From IMG/VR virus record IMGVR_UViG_3300027797_000016, positions 32,001 through 96,000 of that record: 64,000 nucleotides of DNA; one strand, 5' to 3'. The notes below the pieces were generated by a model that saw only the letters and a list, made by a program, of their open reading frames with translations, was not told where the DNA came from and made no database searches. The position numbers and the translations under genes are program-made. Of the stretch, positions 26,078-37,600 are shown piece after piece. The stretch is from a virus. Numbering within the stretch: position 1 is the stretch's first letter; the number at the start of each line of letters is the position of its first letter.

Positions 26078-26410
26078 TTAACTTAAGACAGATGCATTGA
26101 CAATAATATTACCTTCTCTTTGTTTCTCTTTGACTGAACTTCCATTCACAGTAAAGACATTATAATAATATCTACCACTATCAAGAGAAGCAGTTATAGT
26201 ACTTGCCATTGAGATTCTAATTGTACTGGTACTTGTTGTAATTCCAGTCGTAAATGGATAAGTTGTTGTGTCTCCTGCATACTTTGCAAGAAATGCAGAT
26301 GCTGTGTATGATGAAATACCAACAAGAGATTGGTCTGGGTTTTTAAGAATAAAATCTCTTGTAAAATCTTCACCTTGTTGTATTGTGAAGTTCTCTGCGA
26401 TGACTGACAT
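26078..26410 (-). CDS. virion structural/tail-fibre-associated protein
   Basis: FTIQQGEDF...GRYYY...EGNIIV; last gene of structural block. Confidence 0.7.
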   Translation of the reverse strand: MSVIAENFTIQQGEDFTRDFILKNPDQSLVGISSYTASAFLAKYAGDTTTYPFTTGITTSTSTIRISMASTITASLDSGRYYYNVFTVNGSSVKEKQREGNIIVNASVLS

Positions 26411-26413
26411 TTT

Positions 26414-27742
26414 TTATCTTGTTAATGCTTGGAGTTGTTGATTGGGAAGTCTTTTTGGGTAGTATTTTAAGTATTTGCAATGACAATTAATTCTAGAATT
26501 GCTGGCTATTTCGGTGAGACCTATAATTAACATACTAACATTAATTTTATCTGGAACTACACCTAAATTATCAGTACCCATCAAAATACCATTTCTGGCA
26601 GCAGCAAAATTATTCTCTTTAAATGCAAAGGAAACTTTTGATCCTGTTGCTGCCAACCCAAAATCAATTCCAACTTGATCGTTATATGCACCTCCAGGTC
26701 GAACTCCATTTCTTACAAGAAAATATCCCCCACCAAATCTGGTAGTTATAAAATATTGAATTGTATAAAATGAATCTCCAACTGCAGTACCTGCAACACC
26801 AAATCCTGGATATCCTTCTGGTGCATTGACATTAAACGGGAAATCAGTATGTTCCAATAAAATAGTTCCTTCAGTTCCATTATACCAACTAAAATTATTT
26901 TGTGTTATTATTGCAGTATCTTTATCTCGGGTTCTTGTTGATCCTATTGTGGGTATGTAGGAGGTTGGGAATGCTCCTGCTTCCAGTTGAGCACCCCAGA
27001 TGTAGATACCTGATGTTCCGTCTCCAGTATATTGTGTTGTAGAACCATTATATATTATAATGGATGGGTTATTGGTTGTATTTACTGTACCCTTTGTTGC
27101 AGTTAAAATGCATCTATACCATCCGTTTGGATATGCTATTGTTGTTGCTGATATTGCAGTATAATCTGCACTTGTAAGACCAGTAGATACAATTGCACCA
27201 TTAGATAAATTAAAAATTACTTGTGCAGCGGCATTTAAAAAATTAGAAAGAGATAATGAAACATAACCTCTTTCTGCTGCTTTTGCAAATACACTCAAAG
27301 TTACAGTTTCATTACTTGCAGTTCTTCCAACATAAGCAAAATGTTCTACATTAGATGCAGTATTTTCTACTAATTTCTCTGCACTATTAGTTCCATCAGG
27401 TGCAGTCGTTGCTGATGTATTTGTTGTAATACCTATATTTGATTTAGTCCAAGCAGCATTATCAAACTGCTCACTATAAGTCAACAAATTAGTCCTACTC
27501 TCCTCCACCAACAAACCCAAACTCTCACCAGTCACCGGGTTGTGGTCAAAACGTGCCTCATTGACTCCGGATAACTTAATCAACCCATCAGCACCCGTAT
27601 AAGACCCACCAGATGCTCTTGTGAAGGTGATTCTTGAGTCTAGTGCCTTCACCCGTGCAAAGTTTAGATCCAGAGTTGGTCTAACCTCTGGATAGTCTAA
27701 ATCAGTTGTATCAGCAGAAAGCAGAAAGGTATCAATACTCAT
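26414..27742 (-). CDS. structural fibre/spike protein, paralogue 1 (probable lectin/CBM-like domains)
   Basis: ITFTRASG...GLLVEESRTNL...WGAQLE...TSYIPT. Confidence 0.8.
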   Translation of the reverse strand: MSIDTFLLSADTTDLDYPEVRPTLDLNFARVKALDSRITFTRASGGSYTGADGLIKLSGVNEARFDHNPVTGESLGLLVEESRTNLLTYSEQFDNAAWTKSNIGITTNTSATTAPDGTNSAEKLVENTASNVEHFAYVGRTASNETVTLSVFAKAAERGYVSLSLSNFLNAAAQVIFNLSNGAIVSTGLTSADYTAISATTIAYPNGWYRCILTATKGTVNTTNNPSIIIYNGSTTQYTGDGTSGIYIWGAQLEAGAFPTSYIPTIGSTRTRDKDTAIITQNNFSWYNGTEGTILLEHTDFPFNVNAPEGYPGFGVAGTAVGDSFYTIQYFITTRFGGGYFLVRNGVRPGGAYNDQVGIDFGLAATGSKVSFAFKENNFAAARNGILMGTDNLGVVPDKINVSMLIIGLTEIASNSRINCHCKYLKYYPKRLPNQQLQALTR

Positions 27743-27748
27743 TGTTTA

Positions 27749-28171
27749 TCAGGTAGTGGTTATTCCATATCTCCAAGTCCCAGCTGGAGTTCTAATATAA
27801 AGTCTGTTATTTGTGGTATCATAAATCAACGGAACAGTTCCAATTGGTACTGCAGGTTCTGCACCAGTAGGAGGACCTACAGTAGGAGCACCAGCACAAG
27901 TTGGAATACATAAGAACCCATTTGTTGCGGTGGTTGCTAATGAACTTCCAGCACCAATGACTACATTACCACTATTTGGTTGTAGTGTAAGGTTAGTATA
28001 ATTATTTGTTGTTCCAGTTGTAGGAAAACCAACAATGGTTGTAGTTGATGCAATACCAACGGGTGACTGAATATTTCTTACAGTAATACCAGAAGAGTTC
28101 TGGAATGCAAGTTCACCAAGCATTCCATTGGTAGGAATTTGATTAGAATTTGAGCCTATAAGACTTGCCAT
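27749..28171 (-). CDS. tail-fibre-associated protein
   Basis: NQIPTNGMLGELAFQ; YDTTNNRLYI. Confidence 0.7.
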   Translation of the reverse strand: MASLIGSNSNQIPTNGMLGELAFQNSSGITVRNIQSPVGIASTTTIVGFPTTGTTNNYTNLTLQPNSGNVVIGAGSSLATTATNGFLCIPTCAGAPTVGPPTGAEPAVPIGTVPLIYDTTNNRLYIRTPAGTWRYGITTT

Positions 28172-28195
28172 ATGACTTATACTTTATTTTACTAT

Positions 28196-28546
28196 TTAGA
28201 AGAAGGTTCTCTGTGGATTTTGTGGAGTTACTACATAATCTTCTAACTCATTAGGAAGTGGAATTTCTGGTTTGTTACCATAAACCGTTCTGTAGTTATA
28301 ATGATATCCTTCTATTTGAGTTGGTGGAGTAATGACTTCTCCAACTTCACTATAAACACCATCACCATTAAAAAGAATACCAACCTCATCAATTGCAAAA
28401 GTTTCAGTTTGAGTTGTGATTTCTAATGAGTCTAGTGGTTCATTAGTTTCTGGGTTATATGAAGTATGAGTGTGCTCTGGGATTGTGGAGAACACTTGGA
28501 GTGCTTCTTCTTTGGAAGCGAACTTAAGGAAATAATCTGTTATCAT
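28196..28546 (-). CDS. hypothetical protein, possible fibre accessory
   Basis: DYFLKF...GYHYNYR...PxNPxRxF. Confidence 0.7.
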   Translation of the reverse strand: MITDYFLKFASKEEALQVFSTIPEHTHTSYNPETNEPLDSLEITTQTETFAIDEVGILFNGDGVYSEVGEVITPPTQIEGYHYNYRTVYGNKPEIPLPNELEDYVVTPQNPQRTFF

Positions 28547-28562
28547 GATGTTTTTGTTTTAT

Positions 28563-29894
28563 TTATGATGTGAGGGTTTGGAGTTGGGAGTTAGAAAGAC
28601 GGACTGGGTAGTATGAGAGTCTGGAGATGGTTCCATTTAGGTATCTATTAGTATCACTTTCACGACCAACAACTAATATATTAAATCCACTTTGACTTAT
28701 ATTACCTGTAGCATCCAAAGAAATATTTCCTCCATTTAAACATTGTGAGAAGTAATTTACATCCTCATAATTAAATATCGATTTACCATTTCCTGATGTA
28801 TAAGTATTTGATATAAATTCAACTGCATATGTAAAATCTGTTAAAAATGCAAAACTTCGCATGGTTGATATATACACTCCGGATTCTTGCCCTCCTATTC
28901 TTGAGGACATTCTACGACTAATATTAGAACTATCAAATATACTAACTAAATACATATCTAAAATACTACTTGGGTGAATTTTGTTATTAAAATTCACTAA
29001 GAAACTCCCCTCATCCTGTCTATACCAACTACTAAAGTTCTTACCAGTTATTGATGCATTATCTGCTGCTCGGGTTCTTGTTGATCCTACTGTGGGTATG
29101 TAGGAGGTTGGGAAGGATGCTTGTTCTATTTGGGCGCCCCAGACGTAGATGCCACTGGTGCCGTCTCCTGTGTAAACAGTATTTATACTCGTTGTATTTA
29201 AAGTTACATTAAAATTAACTGCAGTTCCACTACCTGCGGTTGAAGGAATTCCCGTTAAAATACATCTATACCACCCGTTTGGATATTGTTGAATATTTGT
29301 TGTAATTACCGATCCATTTCCTTCTGCTAAAGTACTAACTACACTTCCAGTATCACTATCAAACCAAGCAGATGCTCTATTTCCTGCTGCACCTGCTGCA
29401 ATTATTTGAAATCTTATTCTATATCTTTCTGCAGATTTTATGAAAATAGAAGCAGTATATGTTGCAGATGTTGATCCGGATACATCTAAATTTATAAAAT
29501 GATCTGTGCTTGGACTTGTATCTTCATATAGTTTTTCGCAATCATTAGTTCCATTTGGAGATAAAGTTGCTGCAACATTTGCTGATACAGAAGTCCGGAC
29601 TTTACTCCAAGCAGCATTATCAAACTGCTCACTATAAGTCAACAAATTAGTCCTACTCTCCTCCACCAACAAACCCAAACTCTCACCAGTCACCGGGTTG
29701 TGGTCAAAACGTGCTTCATTTACTCCAGATAACTTAATCAACCCATCAGCACCCACATAAGACCCACCACTAGATCTTGTAAAGGTAATACGGGGGTCTA
29801 GTGTTTTACTATTTGCAAAATCAAGGTCAAGTGTAGGTAGCACAATAGGGTAATCAAGTTCTGCACTGGTATTAAAAACTTGTTTGACTGACAT
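28563..29894 (-). CDS. structural fibre/spike protein, paralogue 2
   Basis: same constant blocks as 26414 and 31543. Confidence 0.8.
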   Translation of the reverse strand: MSVKQVFNTSAELDYPIVLPTLDLDFANSKTLDPRITFTRSSGGSYVGADGLIKLSGVNEARFDHNPVTGESLGLLVEESRTNLLTYSEQFDNAAWSKVRTSVSANVAATLSPNGTNDCEKLYEDTSPSTDHFINLDVSGSTSATYTASIFIKSAERYRIRFQIIAAGAAGNRASAWFDSDTGSVVSTLAEGNGSVITTNIQQYPNGWYRCILTGIPSTAGSGTAVNFNVTLNTTSINTVYTGDGTSGIYVWGAQIEQASFPTSYIPTVGSTRTRAADNASITGKNFSSWYRQDEGSFLVNFNNKIHPSSILDMYLVSIFDSSNISRRMSSRIGGQESGVYISTMRSFAFLTDFTYAVEFISNTYTSGNGKSIFNYEDVNYFSQCLNGGNISLDATGNISQSGFNILVVGRESDTNRYLNGTISRLSYYPVRLSNSQLQTLTS

Positions 29895-29913
29895 ATTATT
29901 AGTTTATTTTTAT

Positions 29914-31515
29914 TTAGACTGTGATTCCACTTCTTATAACCTTTAATGTATTATTACGATATGTAGGTGAGAATAATAACCGTGCATTTGCTCCGCTAAT
30001 ATCAGCACCAAAAGAACCTAAAACCTCACTATTTGCAAGACTTGCATATTCTATATAATCACAAGCAGTCGCAGCAGAACCAACACTTTGTAAAATCATA
30101 ATATCAGTACTTTGATAGTTTCTCACTACACTTGTGGCAGGAAAACTAAATCCAGACCCTAATGCACCCAATGTTGCACTTAATGTATTTCCAGTCACAT
30201 AACCACTTCCGGGAGATACAATCACAACAGATGCAACTCCACCAGATTTAGTCATTGTATTACCAACACCAGCAAAGGTAGTTGTTCCAATACCAGTGAC
30301 TTGAGACCCTGCCTGATTATAAAAGAGTCTTAATGCAGTAGTACCAACACCAACTGCAAAGTAAATATTACCCGCAGTCACTGCAAACCCAGTAAATCCA
30401 GAGTTTGGAATACTAGATGCAAATGAGACTGCAATTGATGATGCAGTTCCTAGTCCGTGAACTGCAGTAGTTACAATTAAATTAGATGCACTTGTAAATC
30501 CAACTGCATTAAAGGAAAGTCCAATACCAATATTTGCTCTTGCATCATTACCACTACCACCAGTAATAGCAACATTCGTATAAGATGCTTCTGTAAATCC
30601 AGCACCAGCAGTGATTGTACCAACTGATGTAAGATTCGTAGACATTCCTGATGTAATCAGTTGTCCGGTGCAAGCAATCGAGACTTGATATCTTGCAGTC
30701 TGGAATGTTGCAGTAGGAAGACTATCTAATACTTGATTCGCAGTGGTTGCAGTAGTGGTAAGAATACCAGAGGTTTGAGAACCTATGACTCCAGTATTAA
30801 ATGTTGCTGATGTAGTAACTCCAGAAACATTTAGATTAGTTGCAGATGCACTTCCTAATATTGGTGTGACTAATGTAGGACTAGTAGCAAATACAGCAGC
30901 ACCAGTACCAGTCTCATCAGTAAGTGCTGCTGCTAGATTAGAACTTGATGGTGTTGCAAGGAAAGTAGCAACGTTAGCAGCAAGACCAGAAATACCTGTA
31001 GAAACCGGTAGTCCAGTACAATTTGTAAGAGTACCAGATTGTGGAGTTCCTAATATTGGTGTGACTAATGTAGGACTAGTAGCAAATACAGCAGCACCAG
31101 AACCAACATTATCAGTAAGTGCTGTTAAGAGTTGTAGTGATGTAAAAGACCCCAATGATGTTGCGGTATTAACTGATGTGATTGCACCAGTGAGATTAGG
31201 TATATTAGTTGTTGAGGTTGCAGTTCCACTGACTGCACCACTAAATGATGTTGCAGTAATGATACCTGCAGTTACATTTGCAAGTGTTGTGATACCAGTT
31301 ACATTTAAGTCAGTAAAGGTATTGGGTGCATTTGCGATTGCAGTTTCGATTGTTGCAGTTGTGGTTGCATCTAATGAAGCAATGTTTCTTAACTGTCTTC
31401 CTGCACTGATGACTTCTGTGTTACCAATACTTACTGATGTGACTGATGTGATACCAGCATTTACAATATTTCTACTATCATCGATGATAGTAGAGTTTGA
31501 AATTTTAATTGCCAC
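29914..31515 (-). CDS. tail fibre protein
   Basis: G/T/S-rich; duplicated AAVFATSPTLVTPILG; C-terminal domain shared with 34662-38921. Confidence 0.8.
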   Translation of the reverse strand: MAIKISNSTIIDDSRNIVNAGITSVTSVSIGNTEVISAGRQLRNIASLDATTTATIETAIANAPNTFTDLNVTGITTLANVTAGIITATSFSGAVSGTATSTTNIPNLTGAITSVNTATSLGSFTSLQLLTALTDNVGSGAAVFATSPTLVTPILGTPQSGTLTNCTGLPVSTGISGLAANVATFLATPSSSNLAAALTDETGTGAAVFATSPTLVTPILGSASATNLNVSGVTTSATFNTGVIGSQTSGILTTTATTANQVLDSLPTATFQTARYQVSIACTGQLITSGMSTNLTSVGTITAGAGFTEASYTNVAITGGSGNDARANIGIGLSFNAVGFTSASNLIVTTAVHGLGTASSIAVSFASSIPNSGFTGFAVTAGNIYFAVGVGTTALRLFYNQAGSQVTGIGTTTFAGVGNTMTKSGGVASVVIVSPGSGYVTGNTLSATLGALGSGFSFPATSVVRNYQSTDIMILQSVGSAATACDYIEYASLANSEVLGSFGADISGANARLLFSPTYRNNTLKVIRSGITV

Positions 31516-31542
31516 CGTCTTCGTTTACACTAGGGGTTATTG

Positions 31543-32811
31543 TTATTTAGTTAATGCTTGGAGTTGAGCGTTGGTAAGTCTTTTTTGGTAGTATGAGAGT
31601 CTGGAGATGGTGTACTGTCCAATTGTAGTTCTTTGATCAGTATTTTTTCCAAATTCTAATTGATTAAATCCTGGAGAAGTTGCGTATATATTACCACTTC
31701 CTGTTCCTATTGTCCCATTTAATGCAGAAATAATTGGAGATGAATTTATATTGTAAGATTGAATTACTTTTTGAAAATTATTATTTGTTAAAGAAAATTG
31801 TGGATATAAATTTGTTCCTCCAACATTATATTGAGTATGAATACTGTTTGATATAGTTAGTAATCTAAAGTAATTATTAATCGTTCCAAATGTGGTTGCT
31901 GGGTAATTATTAATACTCCATATATTATTAGTAATATTTAATTCAGTTTTAAATTGTGCAAAAAATGTCCCCTCATCCTGCCGATACCACTCTCTAAAGT
32001 TCTTACCAGTTATTGATGCATTATCTGCTGCTCGGGTTCTTGTTGATCCTACTGTGGGTATGTAGGAGGTTGCGAATTCTCCGGATTCGACTTGTATTCC
32101 CCAAAAATAATTGTCTGCAGACCCGCCCTCAAGGTCAACACGAGCATCAGGTCCAAAAACTCCACCATTATAATCAGGTCTTGCAACTAAAGTACAACTA
32201 AATCTATACCAATCATTTTGATATCTTTCAGTTCTTATATTTTGAAATTGTCCGCTATTAGGATTATTTCCATCAAATCTAAAATTATATGTTCCCAACG
32301 ACCCGCCACCAACTGACTGTTGAAATATTTCTATATTACTAAAGTCTCTATTCAGTCCACCAAATCTTCTTTTAGAAAAAAAACTGAGTGCTAGTGTAGA
32401 AAGTCCATTAGCATTAAAAACACTTGACGTTAATTCACTTACAGTAATATAATAAACAGTTCCTAAAACTCCATAAGGATTTAATATTGTATCAGTATTT
32501 ACTTGTGTATTTAAATTCCCACTCCAACCTGACACAAAGTCTTCACTATAAGTAATCAAATTAGTCCTACTCTCCTCCACCAGTAACCCCAAAGATTCAC
32601 CAGTATAAGGATCGTGGTCGAATCGTGCCTCATTGACTCCGGCAAATTTAATATAACCATCAGCACCCACATAAGACCCACCAGATGCTCTAGTGAAGGT
32701 TATTCTTGGGTCTAGTGTTTTACTATTTGCAAAATCTAGGTCAAGTGTAGGTCTTACACTTGGGAAATTATTAACTGATGACTTATTGGAACCAACTCTA
32801 AAAACAGACAT
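31543..32811 (-). CDS. structural fibre/spike protein, paralogue 3
   Basis: same constant blocks. Confidence 0.8.
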   Translation of the reverse strand: MSVFRVGSNKSSVNNFPSVRPTLDLDFANSKTLDPRITFTRASGGSYVGADGYIKFAGVNEARFDHDPYTGESLGLLVEESRTNLITYSEDFVSGWSGNLNTQVNTDTILNPYGVLGTVYYITVSELTSSVFNANGLSTLALSFFSKRRFGGLNRDFSNIEIFQQSVGGGSLGTYNFRFDGNNPNSGQFQNIRTERYQNDWYRFSCTLVARPDYNGGVFGPDARVDLEGGSADNYFWGIQVESGEFATSYIPTVGSTRTRAADNASITGKNFREWYRQDEGTFFAQFKTELNITNNIWSINNYPATTFGTINNYFRLLTISNSIHTQYNVGGTNLYPQFSLTNNNFQKVIQSYNINSSPIISALNGTIGTGSGNIYATSPGFNQLEFGKNTDQRTTIGQYTISRLSYYQKRLTNAQLQALTK

Positions 32812-34622
32812 TACTTAATATTCTCCTTCAGGTTATTTATCTCTTTCTGTTGCTTCTTCACGACCTCAATCAGTAATCCAATCAAACCATTATAATTCAC
32901 AGTCTTACTATCAGTACCATTTACAAGTTCTGGAAGAACTTTCTCCACTTCTTGAGCAATCACACCCATAGAACTTCTACCACTTTCTTTCCAATCAAAG
33001 GATACTCCATTAATCTGTAGAACCTTATCTATTGGATTTATAATTGGTTTAATGTTCTCTTTGAGGTTAATGTCCGATGCAGAGTTAAAATCAGTAGATG
33101 TGGTAACACCAGAGACTAATACATCTCCAATGACGTGAAGTTTACTTGTTGGATTTGTGGTTCCAATACCAAGATTACCAGAGACATAAGCACCACCAGT
33201 GACCTGAAGTCTTTGTAATGATGTTCCTGTTGATGTTGCAGCACCAATAAAGACGGGTCCATTTACAAAGGTAGAAATTCCTGTAATTTGTAAGTCAGTA
33301 AATGTATTGGGTGCATTTGAGATTGCACTCTCAATTGTTGCAGTCGTAACACTATCAAGAGAAGCAATATTTTGTAACTGTCTTCCTGAACTAATGACTT
33401 GAGTAGATGCAATATTTAAAGAACCAACTGTACCAATACCACTATAAGAAACATTGGTTCCTGATAGGTTAGTAATAGTTCCATTAGTACTGTTAAAGGT
33501 TGTAATAGTCCCTGCAGTACCAGTTAAATTGGTAATAGTTCCATTAGTACTGTTAAAGGTTGTAATAGTCCCTGCAGTACCAGTTAGATTGGTAATAGTT
33601 CCTGTGGTACTGTTAAGAGTTGTAATCGTACCAATACCAGTAATCCTTCCATTTCTTGCTGTAAACTCATCAAATACTAAATCATCAGCAACATATAAGT
33701 CTCCACCAACATATAAATCTCCACCAGTAGTTGTAATACCACCAGAACTTGCAAGTGTACTAATACCAGCAACAGTAATACTACCAAATAAAGTAGTTGG
33801 TCCACTTATGTTTGATGGACCAGGAAAGACTGTAAGTGCATCAACAACAGCAGTAGTTACAACATCAATACCTTGTAAGAAAGTAGAAACTCCAGATACT
33901 CTTAATGAACCAGTACTTGTAAGACCAGATACTACTAGTGAATTTGTTGTTGTAACTCCAGAAACTACTAATGAACCAGTTGTTGTAACTCCAGTATTAT
34001 TGATTGTAGTACTTCTTACATTAGTGATTGTAGAAATACCAGTATAGTTTAGATTAGTTCCAGAGATATTAGTTACAGAACCATTTGTATAAGTTAATGT
34101 AGTTCCACTGATTGTTGTTACAGTACTAACACCTAAAGAGTTTATATTTCCTGTTAGATTACCAACAAAACCACCAGAAGAAGTAGTAACTCCAGAAACT
34201 AATACATTTCCACGAACATCAAGAGTTACTAAAGGATTTGTGGTTCCAATACCAACAAGACCAGTATTTGTAGTAGAAACAATCGTTCCACCAGTTCCTA
34301 CATTTAAAATTCTAACAGTTGCAATACCAGTTATATTTCCGTTTCTTGCTGTAAACTCATCAAATACTAAATCATCAGCAACATATAAGTCTCCACCAAC
34401 ATATAAATCACTTACAGTAGTTGTGACCCCAGTAAATGTAGATACACCAGTTACAATTAATGTTTGTAGTTTTGTATTTCCAACTACCTCAAACTTTGTA
34501 CTTGGATTTGCAGTACCAATACCAATATTTGGTAGTGCTGTGGTTGCAATACCAACATTTTTATTGGCGTCATTAACTCTAACAAATGAAGCAAATTGTG
34601 AAAGTTCTCTATTATTAGCCAT
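32811..34622 (-). CDS. tail fibre with C-terminal S74-type intramolecular chaperone
   Basis: GIGTTNP repeats; SDINLKENI...GVIAQEVEKVLPELV...VNYNGLIGLLIE. Confidence 0.85.
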   Translation of the reverse strand: MANNRELSQFASFVRVNDANKNVGIATTALPNIGIGTANPSTKFEVVGNTKLQTLIVTGVSTFTGVTTTVSDLYVGGDLYVADDLVFDEFTARNGNITGIATVRILNVGTGGTIVSTTNTGLVGIGTTNPLVTLDVRGNVLVSGVTTSSGGFVGNLTGNINSLGVSTVTTISGTTLTYTNGSVTNISGTNLNYTGISTITNVRSTTINNTGVTTTGSLVVSGVTTTNSLVVSGLTSTGSLRVSGVSTFLQGIDVVTTAVVDALTVFPGPSNISGPTTLFGSITVAGISTLASSGGITTTGGDLYVGGDLYVADDLVFDEFTARNGRITGIGTITTLNSTTGTITNLTGTAGTITTFNSTNGTITNLTGTAGTITTFNSTNGTITNLSGTNVSYSGIGTVGSLNIASTQVISSGRQLQNIASLDSVTTATIESAISNAPNTFTDLQITGISTFVNGPVFIGAATSTGTSLQRLQVTGGAYVSGNLGIGTTNPTSKLHVIGDVLVSGVTTSTDFNSASDINLKENIKPIINPIDKVLQINGVSFDWKESGRSSMGVIAQEVEKVLPELVNGTDSKTVNYNGLIGLLIEVVKKQQKEINNLKENIK

Positions 34623-34661
34623 TTTTCATTTGTTAGATGTTACTTCTTACTATAGTATTTA

Positions 34662-37600
34662 TCAATTGGTAATTGAGTTGGTAGCAATCTTAATCGTGTT
34701 ATTTCTATAAGTTGGAGTAAATACTAATCTTGCATTAGAACCTGAAATATCAGCATTAAAACTACCAAGAATTTCATTATTTGCAATGGTTGCAAACTCA
34801 ATATAATCACAAGACGTAACAGCACTTCCAACAGATTGTAAAATCATTACGTCACTGAATTGATAGTTATTAACTACCACAGATGATATAAAGGTAAATC
34901 CAGTACCCACATTTGCACCATCAAAATTAGTTGCGGTTAATCTACTTGTTGCAGTATAACCAGAACCCGGAGATACAATTGATACATTAGTTATTGATCC
35001 TCCAATACTTGCAACTGGTGCATTGGATGCAAATAAATCATCACCAACATCAGTTCCAGTCAATGTTCCAATTCCAACACCAGTAGAAATTCCAAGACTA
35101 TTAGAAGTTCTTGGTATTGCATAATAAATTTGAGTACTTCCAGTTGTAGTCACACCAGGACCAGGAAGAATACCTGGGTAACCTAATGATGCAGTTGCTC
35201 TTGCAGTTGTTCCAATACCAATATTTGGTGTACTAAATGTAACTACAGCAGATGCAGCAGTTGTATATCCAATACCTAGGTTTACAAGAGAAATTGTACT
35301 CACTCCAAATCCAACAGTTGCAGAAGTACCAACTGGATTAAATGTTGCAATTGGACTTGCTGCTAAATCAGTTGCAGTATAACCACTTCCAGGATTAGTA
35401 ACATATACATTTGTGACTAAAATAGTAGAGACTGCTGCACCAACACCTGACCCTGGTGCTAAAGATGGACTATTAAAAGAAATTGCTGGGATACTTATAC
35501 TATAACCAATTCCTGGATTTGAAATTCTTATTTGAGTAATTCCAACTCCAACACTACCAATTGCAGTGCTTGCAACTCCAACAGGACTTGAGACAGTGAC
35601 TGTAGGTATTGAGGAATAACCAAACCCTGGATTTGTAATTGTAACATTAGTAAATGTAACTCCAAGACCAGCAATAACAGCACCACCAGAACCAGTAAGT
35701 CCATTAACTGCAGTCACTGCAATTCCTGGTGCAATATTGTATCCAGAACCAAATCCAACTACATTTACGCTACCAATACCCATTGCTACCGTAACACTAG
35801 CACCACTTCCCACAGTTGCAAGAATTTGAGGAGTTGGGACCAGTGATGCACCAAATCCAGCATTATTAACTGTTACATCAGTAACTCCCATTTTAGTGAT
35901 GGTAACACCAGCACCTGTTCCACCACCACCAGTAATTGTAACAGTAGGAATATTAATGTACCCAGAACCACTATTTGTAATTGTAAAATCTTCAAGAGCT
36001 CCACCGGCACCAATTCCACCGAATGCTCCTGTTGCACTGTTAATACCAATACTCGGCATACTAAAGATAACATTGGGTGAACCACCAAATCCACTTCCAA
36101 AATTGATAATAATATCAGTAGAGGTTACTCCAAGTCCTACAGTTGCTGCAAATCCAGTAACTGTAGGTGTGAGTGCTAATGTTGGTGAAGAAGTATATCC
36201 AGTACCAGCATTTACTACAGTAACTGTACTAACCCCTAGTGTAGAAAGAATTGTTGCAGTATTAATTCCAACATTGGGAGTACTAACTGTAAGTAAAGGA
36301 GGTCTTGTATATCCAATTCCTGTTGTAATATTAAATTGTGATGATATACCTAGACTGTTTACTATCGCAGTAGCAGTATTAATACCAACTTGAGGTGCAG
36401 AGAATGTAAGAATTGGGAAATTGCCAGAAGTATATCCAGTTCCAGTAATTGGAAATTCTATATTAGTTACAAATACATTTGATACTGATAAGGATGCTCC
36501 TACTAATGCAAATCCACTTACAGAAATAGTAGGAATTGGATTATATGCTGAACCACTACTTGTAATCGTAATTGTAGAAACTCCAAATCCAACAATACCT
36601 GATGCGCTACTACCAACACCAACTGGACTATTAAATGCTACTGTTGGAACTGTTGTGTGAATTCCTGGAGTATTAATAGTAACGTCGGTTACTATTACAG
36701 TACTGACTATTGCAGTTGCAGTGCTTCCAATACCAGATACACCAGAAATCGCAGGACTATTAGTAGGATTTGCAATAGTAATGGTTGGAATTGCAGTATA
36801 ACCAGAACCTTGATTTGTAATAGTTAATGCAGTAACTTTTGAGTTTTGTGCTGGAGTTGCTGGAATTGCACGATTAAATAAAACAGGAGTATTGGTTGAT
36901 ATTCCAGAGACATTTGATGAAGTATTAAAGGACCCATTTGAAATGGAGTCAATATCAACTCTTAATTCTGGAGCAATATTTATATTTGCTCTTGCATCAA
37001 GACCAGTTCCAGAACTTGTACTTAACAGAACATTAGTATAACTTCCAGATGCATATCTTGTTCCACCCTGAAGACTTCCAACTGACAGTGAACTTGAGGA
37101 TGATGCACCACCAACAAGTTGTCCCGTGCAAGTTACCTGAACATTATACTTTGCACTTCTAAAAGCAGTAGTATTAAAACTATTCAGTACTTGATTTGCG
37201 GTAGTTGCTGTAGTTGTAACAATTCCAGAAGTAAGGTTTACAACAGGACTTGTTCCAATAATTACTGTTGTTCCTACAGAAACACTTTCCAATACATTAA
37301 CAGTTCCCCGAACATCTAAAGTTTGTAATGGATTTGTGGTTCCAATACCAATACGATTTGTAGCAGCATTTACAGATAAAGTATTACCATTGACCGTTAA
37401 ATTGCCGCTAACAGTTGCAACTCCAGTAATCAGTGCATTACCAACCACATCCAAAGTTGCTGTTGGATTTGTAGTTCCAATACCAAGACGATTTTCTCCT
37501 GGATTATAAACCAATCCACTATTATCTACTTTTAGTATTGCATTATTTTCAGTCTGTTCTGTAAATGTTGGATAAAAAAGACTGGATGCTTGTGTAATCG

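Noticed and set aside
26414-32811. Diversity-generating retroelement behind the paralogue repeats
   Set aside because: No reverse transcriptase in the window, and no adenine-specific template/variable repeat pair
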